DNA of 64,000 nucleotides. Source: the human T2T-CHM13v2.0 reference genome, Homo sapiens. Position numbers and translations under genes: made by a program. The stretch lies in the NCBI RefSeq assembly GCF_009914755.1, contig NC_060927.1; one strand, 5' to 3'. The notes beneath the pieces were generated by a model that saw only the letters and a list, made by a program, of their open reading frames with translations, was not told the origin of the DNA and searched no databases. Shown here piece after piece: positions 26,861 to 43,244 of the stretch. Position 1 is the stretch's first letter, and every line of letters starts with the position of its first letter.

Positions 26861-28423
26861 GACAGTCAACAAAGGGATCTCACCTCTTGATGGAAGAAAC
26901 TGCAATGTTACATTGCAGAGGGCAAAGGAAGGGGTAAAGAATAGGGGTCATTTTTGTAGCCTGCTCCTCTAGTAAAAAGCTAAATTCTGAGAAAACAGAC
27001 TAAATATAGAAACTCAAATTGTAAATTCAAGGCGGAGAAAAAGGTTTACTAAATCACCAGTGAGTATCAAAAAAAAAAAGACTAAGGTTTTCAAGTTCTT
27101 GAAGCATACATGTGAGATTCCTATCTGAGGTTCTTCATTTTCTAACTACAGAAACTTAAATAATACATCCATATGGATAAAAATATCTTGTGTCCTTTCA
27201 AATGTGGGTAATACCTATGATTCCCTTCTTTGTTGTTGTGAGAATAAAGCAGGATTACTTTTTTAAAAGTTCTTTACAGAGGCTTCACATTGCAGTTACT
27301 TCATGAGTGTCTAGAATAATTCACTGACTTTATTATGATTAACCCTGCTGTAGTTATTAGTGAATCACACTGGACAAACTAATGAACTAGAAAATAGAAT
27401 CAAAGAATCAATACAGTGGAAATAAGACTGAAGTTGAAGATATCTGGCCGGGATCATGGATTCTAGATCTGTGCAACCTTAGGCAAGTCACAGTATTTCT
27501 CTGGACCTGTGTCGTTTCTAAGAAAATGATGCTTCTTCTTAGAGCTGAAATGTCATTCTGCTCTAAGAAAATTACAACCAAGAATGTTCCTTTCTCATTT
27601 TCATTTTCCACATTGTATTTCTGCTTGCAAAACAATATTGTATTCTTGTATCAGAGAGTTTTAGGGCAAACAAAGATGATCAAGTGAATATCTGAATGTT
27701 TGGGAAAGGAGTGGACCAGAGTGAGGAGTCCCAAAATTATCACCCCAGTTGTTAAGTAGCTGAGAAGGACTCCACACATTATTAATATTTCTGGTTATCA
27801 GGCCTGTCTGAAGTTATTCCACATAATTTTTGTTTTCAGTTACAGCGATGTGTGACTAATTGTTCGTATGCGTTCTTAATGAGCATATATCAAATTTAAA
27901 AATAAAATATTACTTAAAAATACTACAAATAAAATCACACAACTTTGAAGCTGAGTTCTGTTAAGTAGCTGAATGTGTGAATTACATAAGAATATGAGAT
28001 ATAACCTAATGTACTAATGCATCTTCTAGTATCTATCCTACACTGCTCTGGTTAGCACCAGTGGCTCCAAATGACGAGAAAGTGTCATGACATCAAACAA
28101 TAGGGCAGAATTCCACCAAAGAATACTGAACACTTTTATTAGGAAAATAGGAAAAGGAAGAAAAATAGGAAAGAGTGGCAGTTTCTTTGGACAAAATCTG
28201 AGTAAAAATTATTACCCTCAGGGTAGAAATTTTCTTAAATTGGGAAATCATACCTCGAGCTGACAGCTTGGGATATTTGTTCACAAACCTATTAACTTCT
28301 CTATAGCTTCCCATTAAACATCACAAGTAGTTTATTCCCATATCTTCTGGGCCAGTGGGCCAAATTTCGCCTTGAATTTCTCATTCCTATATTTTCTTTG
28401 GCTGTTTTACTGATCTTCACGAA

Positions 28424-28627
28424 CTTTCTTTTTTTTTCCTTTCCTTTTTTTTTTTGAGATGGAGTCTCACTCTGTCGCCAGTGCTGGAGTGCAGTGGTGT
28501 GATCTCAGCTCACCGCAACCTCCATCTCCCAGGTTGAAGTGATTCTCCTGCCTCAGCCTCGCAAGTAGCTGGGATTACAGGTGCATGCCACGGTGCCCAG
28601 CTAATTTTTGTATTTTTAGTAGAGACA
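28424..28627 (-). mobile_element. AluS, 5'-truncated (right arm and linker only)
   Basis: T-rich tail, then gagatggagtctcactctgtcgcc...ctaatttttgtatttttagtagagac, then non-Alu sequence. Confidence 0.92.
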
Positions 28628-29269
28628 CCTTGAAACTATAAGTGAAGAGGTCACCTCAAAATATACAAAGTCAAAAACAGGCTTCTGAGGAGGTAAACGT
28701 GTTTTAAATAAGGAAATCTCCATTATAACTTCTAAAATGTCATTCATTCAGAAGGTAAAGCAACATGAAAATAGACCTTGAACAAGACTCTTTTTCATGT
28801 CTATTTAAATAAGAATGCTATTGAATTTGTGGTGCTAATAAAATAGTTTAAAATTTATAGCATTATTTTCTGTATCCAAATAAGTGAAAATATTTTTTTA
28901 ATATTATTTAGTATGGTTTATAGTGAGTTAGCTCTGAGGATGCTAACACTCTCTAATACTTTTCCCCCAAATGTTGATATATTTGTATTTATTCTATATA
29001 AAACATTCAAATAGTATTTTAAAATGATATCCACAGTGTCATCCAAAAACCTACAACATAATTTTTTAGTCTTTATTATAATTTCAATTATGTGGAAGTT
29101 AAACATATGTGACTATAACACTTTTTTTAGATTGTGGTTTACAAAAAAAAAAATCATTCCCTTGTTGAATAATTCAATAGGTTTATATTGGCAAAATCCA
29201 TGTTCTGGTCACTTGGGTGCAGCCCCCATTAAGCCTGTAGTCCAATGGAAAAAGAGTTCAGTAAATTCT

Positions 29270-30920
29270 TAAAACTGAAAACTTAACATGCAGTATAATA
29301 GTTCTATGCTGGGGTCAACATAGTGTATTACAATTGCATATTGCAGAATCCTTTTATTTGAACTTACAGGTTCAGAGAGTTTCCAGGGAAAGTAACATGG
29401 AAGGTAATATCTGACAAATCAGTAAAAATCAGCCAAAGACATGGAACAGAATGCTTCATCTCAGTGAGCATTATATACAGATGTATAGGGGCAATAAAAG
29501 AGTTGGCATTCTTTAAAGAAGTAAGAGTTCAATGAAACTAGAAGTTAGAATTCCTGAAAAGATGAAATGGAGATTGGGAATAATAAGTCTGGAGTGGTAA
29601 GCTGGGGTTGCATCATGGAAGTTCCTTTCTATCAAGTTAAAGAATTTGACCTTTCTCCTAAGAGGATTGGAATTCTACAGAAATGTTTTAAATAAGAAAG
29701 CAGCCTGGTTAGGTTCACATTTCAGAAAAATCATTTCATTACGAATAAAGGATCATAGACAAATGAGAGCTGCAAAGACAGAGGCTGAGAAACTCATTTG
29801 GAGCCAGCTATAGTGGTTCCAGGTGAGAGATGCTATTGGCCTCAACTAGAATACCTCTTAGTGGGGATGGAGACAAGTAGCTGCAATCATCATATTTTTA
29901 GAAGATTAAATTGAGAGGGCTTCAGATTGGATGTAAAGGAGGGTTAGGATCAAGGGTTAAGGAAGCTAACTAGATTTGTGAGACCTGTAACAGTGGTGAT
30001 TGATTCCTCAACCAAACTAGGAAACATAACGAAATTGGCAAGCGAAGGTAATGCGATCATTTGGTGGCATAGTAAGATTTTCTTTCTGTAAGACTTCAAG
30101 TGAGATGGCTAGCAGAAATTTGTACCTATGGATTATGAACAAAGTCCTTTTCAGGAACAAGATCTGAGCTAGAGATATAAACTTTGAGAATGTCAGCAAG
30201 CAGATGGTAATTAAACATATGGGAGTAGATAATATTACTTGGGGATGATTTATAAAGAAATGATTCTCAAACTTTGGGGTCAGATTAATTACCCAGGAAA
30301 CCTAATAAAATTCAAAATCCTGGGTACCAACTCCAGAGTGTCTCATTGAGTATGTGTAGAATGTAGTTCCCAAACCTGTCTTGTTGAAAAGTAGGGCCCC
30401 ACCCCCAATGGTTCTGATGGAGATGATATTCTGACCCCACTCTGAAGTATAATGAGAAGAGGATCTTGCTTAGTGTCCTGAGTAGTATCAGAACATAAGC
30501 GATGGACAAAGAAAGAGGAACCCAGAAAGAAGACTATAAATAAGCAACTGGAGGTACTGAAGGAAAACCGGGAGAAAAAAACATTACAAATTCTATAAGA
30601 AAATAGCGGGTACAAGAGTGGTGAACAGGGTCAAAGTGTTGAGAGATAAAGTAAAGATAAAGGCTAAAAACACCCACTGGATGTAACAAAAAGGAGGTCA
30701 TCACAAAGTTGGCAGGAACAATTTTGGTAGAATTATGTGGGCTGCAGCCAGATTGCAGTGGGCTGAGGGTTGAATATGAGATGAGGATAAAGAGACAAGA
30801 AGCAGAGGCAAAATGTTATAAAAGAAGTTCGGACTAGAAGGGCAGGAAGTTGCTGCAGCAGAATGTGGACTGAAGGGTGAGATGTTTTTAGGAGGGAAAC
30901 AACTTGAGTGAATGTGGTAT
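29270..30920 (-). mobile_element. LINE-2 fragments, with a MER5A-like insert at ~30260-30450
   Basis: L2-like motifs gtggttccaggtgagagatg, gatctgagctagagatataaactttgagaatgtcagc and cagccagattgcagtgggctgaggg. Boundaries are approximate. Confidence 0.7.
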
Positions 30921-30959
30921 CTCATACCTGACGTGCTGCATCCCTAATTTCATTTTAAA

Positions 30960-31885
<926 letters not shown>

Positions 31886-32061
31886 TCTTTCATCCCTGCC
31901 CTAATAAGCACATATTCACTTACTTTTATACCTGCATTCATTGAAAAAAAAAAAAAAAGAACTGTCCCCTCTTGGATAGTGGGGAGCAAAGTAAGGTGCT
32001 GCTTTGGGTTCTGTGCATTATGGTTAGGCCAAAAATGATGGAAATATGAATTAGCATCAGC

Positions 32062-32075
32062 CTGCCCCCTAGTGG
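32062..32075 (-). promoter_or_regulatory. CTCF core motif
   Basis: Minus strand reads CCACTAGGGGGCAG, a close match to the CTCF consensus, in sequence I do not recognise as a repeat. Confidence 0.7.
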
Positions 32076-34675
32076 TGGTCCAGACTGCTGTGCAGTCAAC
32101 CTAAATCCATGGGGCCAAACTTCTAAGCGATCTACTCTTTCCTTCACTCACTCTTGTCACTCTACCTCCGTCTTTTCTGGCAAAGACCAAACAGTGGGCA
32201 ACGAGTTTAAGTATGCTCAAACAAATTTAGAAAGTGTATAGTGAGGTGCAGTGGTTCACCAGTATCAAACCGTCTACCAGTCATGTCTACCAGAGATATG
32301 GACACTTACTCTCATATGTTTAAGGATCAGCTGCTGGGGGACTTGGGCAAAGTTACTGAACTTCATGTAACCTCAGTTGTTTCTTTATCTCTACAATGAG
32401 GATTATGATAACACCAGGCTTAGTTATACTGCAGTGATTCAATGAAATTTCATATGTAAAGCACCTAACATAGTTAAACCTAGAGTTGGCATTCAAGAAA
32501 AAGTAAGTATTCAAATTTTATGATAATAAAAGTGGTCACGAGTGTAGTCAAATGCTACAATGACATTCTATTCATATAATTATTTTTTATCTGTTCTCAT
32601 TTACTTATATCCTATGTTTATGCTCTCTATTTAAAATTGAAATGTCTTTGAATTTAGAACTACAGTTGACTGTATTTATTTGACAGTCTACAGTGTACTG
32701 TAGACAATTTATTTGATATTGATAAGAATCACAAAAGTAACAACAATACTATCCTTCAATATTTTATAGTAACAATATATCAGGACATTTGCTAAAATCT
32801 CCCTGTATGTAAAATTTAATGCAGAAAACATTTTTATAAGGTAGGTAAAGATCTCAGTCTGTGTTGGAGAAAATATTTCAGCCACATCTTTCTCGCTGCA
32901 CCCATTTTCACTACCTGTTGTGCTGCCACTGCCAATGGAAATGACAATATCAATTACAGCTGGTTGATAATTGAGAAGTATAGAGACTAGAAAAGTGTGT
33001 GTGATGTGGCTCAGATCTGGATTCTCATGATCTTTTGTTGCTCTTTTGTCAAAGAGAAAAAGTAAGACCAGAAATGACCTGAGTTTGATGATTACTGCGG
33101 TTTGCAATTCAGCAATTCAAGATAGTTGCACTCTCCTTCCCAATCCACCCTAACACCTGCTTCCTTTTCCCCATTAATAGCTAAAGTTTTCTCCCCGAAA
33201 TAGTCAAAGGTTCATTGGAAATTTTATCCATGTAAAGTAAGTACATAGGCCTTCCTTTGTTTTTCTCTTAACAATGCTGCAGACTATGTTTGTTTGGAAT
33301 CTGTTCTCTGATGGCAGTTGTTAAGTTATTCATTTTAATGGGTGTTTTATAACTTTAAAAGGAAAATTGTTTCCAGGGAAGAGAGCATGCCTCTAATACA
33401 GAAATCAGGTATTTAGGGGGAAGAACAATCTAATAAAACACTTTGGACAGCCCGTGATAGTGTTCAGACACACAGTTCTAGAAGAGAAATAAGAAAGCAT
33501 TTCTTTGGCCAAATGTGATCTGAACCATCCGGGTTTTTGCCTCACATACTGTAAGAGACATTTATTCTCTTCACTATTCAATTATTTTGCCAGCGAGATG
33601 TGGGAATTAAAGTAGCAGCAATCATGATAACATGTGTGAAGCATCAAAATACTTTGCACTGAGCAGACAGAGATGCCAATTGTATTTTCAGCTTGGGTTT
33701 ACATATGGAAAATATTGTTATTATTTCCTTCAATGTCATCAGTTTTTAATGGCTCCTATTCCATCCAATTTTTAAGCTGTAAATATAGTCTAGTATTTGA
33801 AAAGAAAATCTAAGTAGTTCTAATGCCAGAGGCTGGAACTAGTTTGCCAGCAAAATTCATCTTTAGTTTACATGTATTTGGATGCTTGATTATATGTCCC
33901 CAAATCCAGTCATAATTTAGCCCAGAATTTTAGACTAACAGAACGCAAGTGTAGATACATTTGTTTGTCTCATGCAGTTTAAAAAAAAAAATCTGTGAGC
34001 AAGCCTTTAAATATCAAGAGATTCCACAATCTTTATTTGGGCTTCTCTTCATGAATAAAAGATTTTAAAATGCTTTCTTATCCCTGAGTAGGACACCGGA
34101 CAGATAATGCATACTTACACTCTACTATTTGATATTTGTCCAAGACCTCCTAAACACCTTTGATTTTTGCTTAATATTACTCGATATTTAATCTACTGAA
34201 ATATTTTAGTCCGTCTTTTTTTTTTTCCCCTGTAGAAAATTGAGTCTAAATTTAAAGTGGCCTTTCTAATGCAATCTGAGCCAAAAGGTATAATTCACTT
34301 TAAAGTAATTTGGGGGCAAGCTTAGAAGTGTGTAGGCAGTAGGGCAAACATTTATTTAATTTCCTATGCTACTACAGAAACGATAATAACTAACAAACAT
34401 TAAATACTTATTCTATGTCAGGTGCTGAGGTTTATATACATTATCTCGTGTAATTCTCACAACAGGCCATAAAGCAGGTGCTAAATGCTATTATTAGTTT
34501 AACAGCAATAACAAAAAAAACTCTAAACCTCAGAGCAGGTATGTGCATTGCCTAAGGTAAGGTAAGGGACTGAACTAGGACTGTCTTCTCTCTAAAACTC
34601 ACTTCCTCACCACTCACTCTCTTACTCTGTCTTACCTTGACATTACATTCTAAAGTATTTTTTAAAATATATTTA

Positions 34676-34960
<285 letters not shown>

Positions 34961-35640
34961 GTTTATTTTAAATGTAAGTAATTAAAAACATAAAGCTACA
35001 TAAAAATGCATATTTATATATATAAATATTCATCTTCATACTGAATAAAATGCTCAAGGAACTCTCTGCTCCTCATCACACCTTTTGGGTCACAGAGGGT
35101 CCTCTTTTTATGATGGCCCATCAAAGAGGTCAGTGTTAGGTAGCATTCTTTCCCAATATTTTCCTTTTTTTTTTTTTTTTTTGCTATTGTAAATGAATTA
35201 TGTATGCACCCTGAAGTAATTAGCAAAGACGTTGTTGTTCAGCTGAATTTTAAACTAATTAATCTGACCTAATTCTTGTCAAAAATAATTAGGATAAAAT
35301 ATGTCCTCCCTAAGCAACTCTTTGAAGCTGAGACGCTAAAGCACAGTACCTCCTGTGTATGCACTGCTCTAAAATTGAGAGGGCCATTTATTTAACAGTT
35401 TTAGAGGAAATGCTAAAATGCTACCTTGTGAATTGCCACCTGGGCATCATCTCCTCCTCCTCCGTTTCTATATTCAAATAAAGAAAAGAAGCTGAACTAA
35501 CAATGGGACTATAACATGAGTGGTCTCAATGAGCCCTTCACATCACGTGGTTTACAATTAAAACATCAAAACTGGTTAATTTCTTCTCTTCCAAAAGGCT
35601 TCCTGCTGAATATGTGTGCCCCATTTCTCAGCCCATTCAC

Positions 35641-35959
<319 letters not shown>

Positions 35960-37644
35960 CACTTTTCTTAATACAAAATTGATTAAGCTATTTTCTGTCT
36001 CCCCATCCCCTACCTGCCCCAAATAAGCTTTTAAAATATCCTTAGTGATATAATGAATTGGGAAAATGTCTCATGTAATAACCAAGTCCTAAGCTATATG
36101 TTTCTAGAAAAAATAATTTAGGAAAAGCAAATAAGCAAGCTTTACCCATAGCTGCAGGTTGTCAGCAAGTTGAGATGATCTCGGGTTGCAGCAACTGTGG
36201 AGGTTTGTATATGCTGGTGTTTGCCCAAAGCCTTCACTACTGCCCTGTCATTCTATAGCAGCCTCTTCTGCGTGCCCCCTAACCTTGCTCTCAGACATAT
36301 TACGGAGCTCTTGGGAGAGGAGCGCATTGTGGGATATATCTATCACATCCCCAAGCAGTTCAGAGTTAATAATTTCCTTATTAAACCTATGAACCCTTCA
36401 TGTTTTCTAGTCCTCCCTCCCCAACCCCCTTCCAAGTTAGTTTCTAGGCAACCAATAAGCACTGAATTACATTAAGCTCTTTATTTCAAGGCTGCAGTTC
36501 AGAATTTTGCTGCATATTTGTTGGCTCATTTATAGAGACTGCAGCATAAAATGTATTAATTCTGTCTAATCTGCAGTACATCAGTGATTTGGTTAGAACC
36601 ACATTACCCGTACCTGTTTTTCATGTTTAAATCACTCAGTGCCATGATGCTCTTCTTTATGCAGCTTATGCCAAAGATACTGTGAGCTCTAATTTGAAAT
36701 CATGGAAGCAAGAATTTCCACAATTCCCAGTTCCTGGTTATCATTTAGCACCTTGAGATAGTCTTTTAGGAAATTAGAATTTTCAAAATCTCCTTTTTTG
36801 AATGGCCGAAATGTCTAACAGATGACTTTTAGTAAGAAAGATCAGAAACATACGGTTCAGGAATAGCCTGAAATGCAGGATAAAAGGGAGGATATTGTTT
36901 GCTTTAACAAACTGAAATTTTGGTGTGAAAGAGAAGCAGGCCCTTGAAAATATTCCTTTGTTGGTATGAATCAAGGAATTGAGGTTGTAATTTCAAATTT
37001 TACCAAGGACAGTGTGAGAATGAAGATTAATCTTCCAGCAAAAAAGAACTGTTCTCTGTTTTGAATGTTGAATGGTTTGAGATATTCTCTAGAAAACTCT
37101 GAGCAAGCATGCTCTCTTTCTCTCTCTGTGATATTTATAAAGGGATCTGGTAAGTCTCTAAGTGTATAATATATTAAGGTCCTCACAATTGAGCAAAAAT
37201 ATAAATTAAATGTTAGTTCACTCTGTAGTTTCTTAAAACACAAAGCAGTAATCTACACTGGCCACACTAAAATGGTGGCTTTGAGAAAACAAAGTAAAAT
37301 CCTTTTAAAACTCAAACTTGAATCTAATCTCTTTCCTTTCACCTGCTTATAATGTAGCTGAGACAGGTGTGTGTGGCATATAAAGCTGTAGAAATAAATT
37401 GAATGGTCTTGTGGCATAGAAAGCCAGCTGCCCACTAGAGTTGCATGGTAGAAAAACCTTCTAGGAGACCCTACTGCCAAGGAGGAGTGGCCCAGATTAG
37501 GCAGCAACTGCATCTTCCAGGTGACTTTGCACTTAGAGGTGCCACTTACTGGATTTGCTTCAGTAAAATATGAGCAGAAGGGAGGTATGCCATTTCCAGG
37601 CCTGGCCTACAAGATCTTCTGTGTGATCTCCCATGTGCCTGCCT

Positions 37645-37778
37645 TTCTTTTTTTTTTTTTTAATTTTACATTCTTTTATATCAATAGTTTTTGGAGTACA
37701 GTTTTGGCTACGTGGAAAAGTTCTTTAGTGGTGATTTCTGAGATTTTAGTGCACCTGTCACTCAAGCAGTGTACTCCC
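37645..37778 (-). mobile_element. L1PB 3' end fragment, probably inside an old MLT1-type LTR
   Basis: aagttctttagtggtgatttctgagattttagtgcacctgtcactcaagcagtgtac preceded by poly(T). Confidence 0.8.
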
Positions 37779-38220
37779 ATATGTCTCTTTCGTCCCCCCC
37801 GTGCACTGGATATCACTAACCTCTCAACCTGGGGAAAAGTGAGATGTTTTGTCAAAGCCTCCATTACCAGTGACTGCATGGAGTATCACCTGTCTAGATC
37901 CCTGACAATAAAACTATTGTTTATCACTGAGAATTTGGGTATATCTGTTTCAACAGCTCGTTTTACCTTGACTTATAGACGTGCCATGCATGAGTCACAA
38001 GATAGGATCACTTCAGTCAGTAGAACCACAAATATTCTTGACTGCTTACTATGTGCCTTACAATGTAGATTCCAAGGATTCTATGGTAACCAGACAAGAA
38101 TGGCTTCTTAAAGTAGTAGGAAAAAAAAGACACACTTCAAACTATTGCAATCAATCTATTAATTATATACATGTAATGAAATGCAAAATAGAAATTTAGT
38201 ACCTATAGAGCATATAATAT

Positions 38221-38269
38221 AGTAAGATTTAACTACAGTAAGGTTTAAATACAGTAAGATTTAAACTAC
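38221..38269. repeat. Three tandem copies of a ~16-bp unit
   Basis: agtaagatttaactac / agtaaggtttaaatac / agtaagatttaaactac. Confidence 0.8.
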
Positions 38270-38498
38270 TCTGGGGTTTGACAAATATTTTCATTCATTA
38301 ATACTTATTATTTCCAAATGTTAGTTCAGATGAAAATAAATCTGGATTTCATGTTATACATAGAGAGCTGAGTCCAGAGTAGACCAGTAGAATCAGTAGG
38401 TTAAATTGTTTCTTCCTCTCCTCCCCCAATGCCCAGGAATCAGGATGCAGCTATAAACCATTTATTAAATAAATTTTTCTTTTCCTTTGAGAAAAGGA

Positions 38499-38822
<324 letters not shown>

Positions 38823-40249
38823 TTAATCCTTCCTTTCCTAGATGAGGAGGAGAAATGTATTTTCCGAGCTTATAATACCTTCCATTTTAATATATGGAAC
38901 ATTTAGTGTGGGCCAGAAACTATGCTAGTTGCTATTTTTTATTGTAAAATTTAATAGACATATAGATTAGTGCACCATAAAAATATATAGGTCAGTGATT
39001 TGTCCCCCGAAAAAAAGAACACTCAGGTAATGCTGCCTAAATCAAAAAACTGATCATTGCCTACTCCTGAGAATCACTAAACAGCCTGGCCCAATCCCAG
39101 CTACCTTTTTCCCCACCTACTACCCTTCCTTTTATGGTCATGGTTAGTATCTCTCTTTATAGTTTTACTGTATTACCATGAATTCAAAAATACTGGGCTT
39201 TATAATTTTTTGAAGTTTAAATACATTGGATCTTAACAGTATATATTCTTGTATGTGTGTCTTCCCTCACTCAACTCTACGTGTGTGGCTTTCATTCATG
39301 CTCTTGATTGTAGCATTCCTTGGGTCTTTCCCATTCTGTTGTATGAACATATCACAGTGTATTCCATTGTATGGACATTATACAATGTATCTAGTTTAGT
39401 ATGAATGATATTTAGTTGTTTGTTATGAATAGCAGGGTTCTACATAATCTTATACCTGCTTCTTGACACACAGGTGCATGCCTGTACTTCCAGTTCCTAA
39501 GTTTCAGACTTTGGTGTTATGTTATAGCAGGCACCCATGCCTCTGTATCGTTCCCCAAAGTTATTTTCTTATTTTAAAAAGTTGGGAATGGAGGGCTGGG
39601 ATAACGTAATAGAGCCAGATATACTACACTGGCCGTCTGGTTACAGTGCCACAGACATTTAGTTCAATATTTAATGGGTGAAGCTGAGTTCCATCCTGTA
39701 TCATTGAAACAAATGACTGGAGAAAACAGATGATCAGTATCCTCTTTGGAATGCCATTACTCATTTCTTTTATTTGTTTAACCATTTTTAACGTGGGTAA
39801 GATGAGTGTATTCTTGCTCTCAAGTTTGATTTTACTACTTTTAATGAATTTTTTTTCTGACTTTTTGGTCAAGCCAAGTTTTTTCCACATCATAGCATAA
39901 GCTGTTCCCTTTGCCTGAAATGTTCTTATTTTAAAGCTTTGCATGATTAGCTAATTCCTTATTATGATAGTTTTAACTTAACTCAGAAGTCTCCCTTGAG
40001 TATCTTACCTGCCCCAAGTCACTCTTTATTACATTGCCCTTTATATTTGCTATTAAAGAATTTATCACTACATGTAGCTATCCTGTTTATGTTTTATTCC
40101 TTTTAAATGTTTCCTGGGACCTCCTTTTCTTGCCTTCCAGAAATATAAGCACCAGGAATCTCATCTCTTTTTTTTCTTGAGCAAGCTCTCTCCAGTGTCT
40201 AGAACAATACATGGTTCATAACAGGTGTTCAATAAATGAACTAATGAAA

Positions 40250-40330
40250 ATGAAAGAAACAAAGGAAGGAAGGAAGGAGGGAGGAAGGAAGGTAAGAATG
40301 GAAAGAGGGAGGAAAGAAGAACGGAAGGGA
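40250..40330 (+). repeat. GA-rich, imperfect (GGAA)n low-complexity tract
   Basis: aaaggaaggaaggaaggagggaggaaggaagg... Confidence 0.85.
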
Positions 40331-43244
40331 TATTCATGGAGACCAAGGAGTAAAGACGCTCTCCACTTGATACAAAAGTTTTGTGATTCTGTAGGACAGG
40401 TATAAATGAAAGAAGATCTGTGCACTCAACTCTCATAAGTTGACTGCAAGCAATTCAAAATGTACCGAACCATTAAAGGTTAGAAACAGGCAGGGGGCCC
40501 AGTGTTTCCACACAGCGATGTAGACTGAAGGCAATAAGGGAAACCAAGGACCCGGGAGAGCGTGTGGCCATCATTCCAATTTTCTATACATCTCCGTGCC
40601 AAGCTGTGTATATATGAGTTGCTAACCGCATGACTCATGTGAATCTCAAAGAAAGAGTCTGAGTCAAAAGCAACCTCGGGGTTACTAGCCATGGAAGCAG
40701 AGGAGGGAGAGTGTGGTTATTAAACATTGTTGTCAAAGAACAAAGAAGAGACAAAAAAAGAAGAAACTCAGTAAGCAATGGTTCAGTATTCTCTCGCATT
40801 CATTTGAAGGAAATTGGATGACGTCCAAAGTTTTAACGTGAGCAAAGAGACTGGATAACCCCTGGGAGAACTTGTCATCTTGGCAGGCTCTGCAAAATAG
40901 CTTATGTCTATCACTATTGTAGTAACAGACAAAAAGGGTTGATATTTATAAGGCTCTGTAAGAATGTGTAGTAAGATGTGTCTAGGAGTTGTCTCCAGAA
41001 AATCCCAGAGCAATAAGAGTCATAAACTAGGTACAAATTCCAGGAGTTGACCAAAGCATTAACAATAAAATAAATATATTTTTGACACATGAAAAGAAGA
41101 GAGGCAAGGACTCCTGTAGGTAGATTCAATAGGAATGTAATATAATATTTGTGGTTATGGACAGTGAAAATGTTTAAATATCTACAGTGTCAAATTGACA
41201 TGTATTAACCCTTGAATTGATAATGGGTTCTACTCATTTCGGTTGTTTCCTTCTCCCTCCAAAGATGGTAACTTTAAGTTTACTGTGTTAGCTGGAACAG
41301 AAAGTGACTCATTTTACAGACAACTTGACAAGAATATAAAGTTAGGAAAGGATGGTATGAACTGTGTCCTATAAATACCAAATTCCTTTTCTAAGTCATT
41401 GCTGAGGAAATAGTAAAATAGAACAACCCAGGATATCCAGGAAAATTATATGGGAGAGTAGTCAATAGATTGCAGAGGGGGAAAATATGAGCATTTCTGA
41501 GCAAAAAAACAACAACAACAATAAAGTGACTTTGATGTGGTGACTATGACGCCTAAATGGAGCATAGAATCTAGGACAGAGAGCCGCCTCTCATTTGTGA
41601 GAGCTCAGAGAGTGAGAGTTGTGCTGAGTAATTTTGCTTGGCAATGAACTTAATACCTTCCTCTTCTTCCCCCAATTAAAAAAATTGCAAAATTAGACGA
41701 GGTAACAGAGGTAGATTATCTCCCTTCTAATGCCCACTTAACATTCCAAACATTTATTTATCAAATTGCAAGCCCTATGATATGAAAAGTGGAGTCCATT
41801 TTGCTACCTTGCAAAAGGAGCTTCAGCTTCCCATTTCTCTTGCCTTGTGGTTCACATGATGAGAACGACCCAGATGGGTTATCCCTGAGGAACAAAGAGA
41901 CCCAAAAGAGTGATACTGACAACCCAACCCTGACCCATATCTGCCCTAAGAGCTGGCAAGTCCTGTGGGCCTTGAGGATGCTCCATTTTCCCATTCATCT
42001 CGAAGAACAAAAGTGTGACTCTTTCAACTGGGTTCCTCTCAAGAATCCAGAGCGTATGATCTATTTAACTAAAGTAGCACAGGAAATCCCCAAGGCTAAA
42101 AAAAGAAGAGCCAGTCTCAGTGCAACCCTATAAAACTTTTATTATTTTCTAGTCTAGGGATCAAGGCAACATTGAAAGAAAATTCTCAGTTCCTGCTTCA
42201 CTTAGAGGTAGTTCAAGTCAGGGAATCACAGAATTTCACAGCCAAAAGACATATTCTTATATATCTACTGCAACATCCTCATGTTCCTGATGAGAATATC
42301 ATGATCCAGGGAGGAGAGGTGACTTAATACAATTTGTTCCTTCATGCATTTATGTAACAAGCATTTATTGAGCATCAACAATATATTGCCATGCTGTGCA
42401 TTTCATTAGGGAGTACAGATAAAATAGTGCCTAAGGCTTAACTCTTGCCCTTAGGAACTTGCCATCAATTTGACAGTTAGGATGAGTAAACTGAGAATGG
42501 CACTACTAGGCATTGCTGGAGCACAAAAGAGGACAGTGTGCACAATGGTAAACAATGCAGGCTGTGGATTGAGGTACTCTGAGTTAAAACACTGCAACAC
42601 TGTTTGCATGTTGTATGACCTTGGGCAATTGATTTCGCTTCACTATGCTCCAATTTCCTTTTCATAAAATGTTGAGAACATTAGCATCTATTCCATAGGG
42701 TTCTTTGATGAGAAAATACATACCTAGTAAAGTATGTAGGAATTTGTAACTGATTAATAAATGCAGTAGTAGTAGCAGTATTATTATTATTATTACTAAA
42801 ATCAAGACTTGGAAGTCAAACAAAAAGCTTCCCAGCATTGTAATGAATAGACCCTGAATACGTTAAAGTTCAAGAAGTACGTTCTGGCAAAAGGAATTAG
42901 GTTATTTTGTGATGTTCTGGACCTGGTTTTCTGGACTGTGTTTCTGACTTTTTGTGGCTTTTTGAATGCCCAGTTTTTATCTTGGGTCATAATTGCACTG
43001 TGCACACAACTCTAGAGGGTGCCTCTCATGGTCATAAGATTTGATCTTATGTGTAGTCCTAGATTTTTATCTCATGTGTTCCAGCAAATGGCCGTGAAGT
43101 TCATAAGGAAGGAGCTAATGCACACAAAGGCCTTGTTTCAGTGTAATGTCTGGCTTCTTGAGGTATTTATTCCAACTAATTCACACATGATGAACTACAT
43201 GAAAACATGATGTCTTCCACTATCGATTGTACACATTTTGGACT

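Noticed and set aside
32709-33107. 132-aa minus-strand ORF
   Set aside because: TTG start, AT-rich composition, no recognisable domain and no convincing splice-site pair.
37521-38111. 196-aa plus-strand ORF
   Set aside because: Starts at GTG and runs through an LTR-like remnant, a poly(T) and an antisense L1PB fragment; resembles no protein I recognise.
40262-40292. GGAA repeats as an EWS-FLI1-type response element
   Set aside because: Only about 3 consecutive GGAA units, too short and interrupted.
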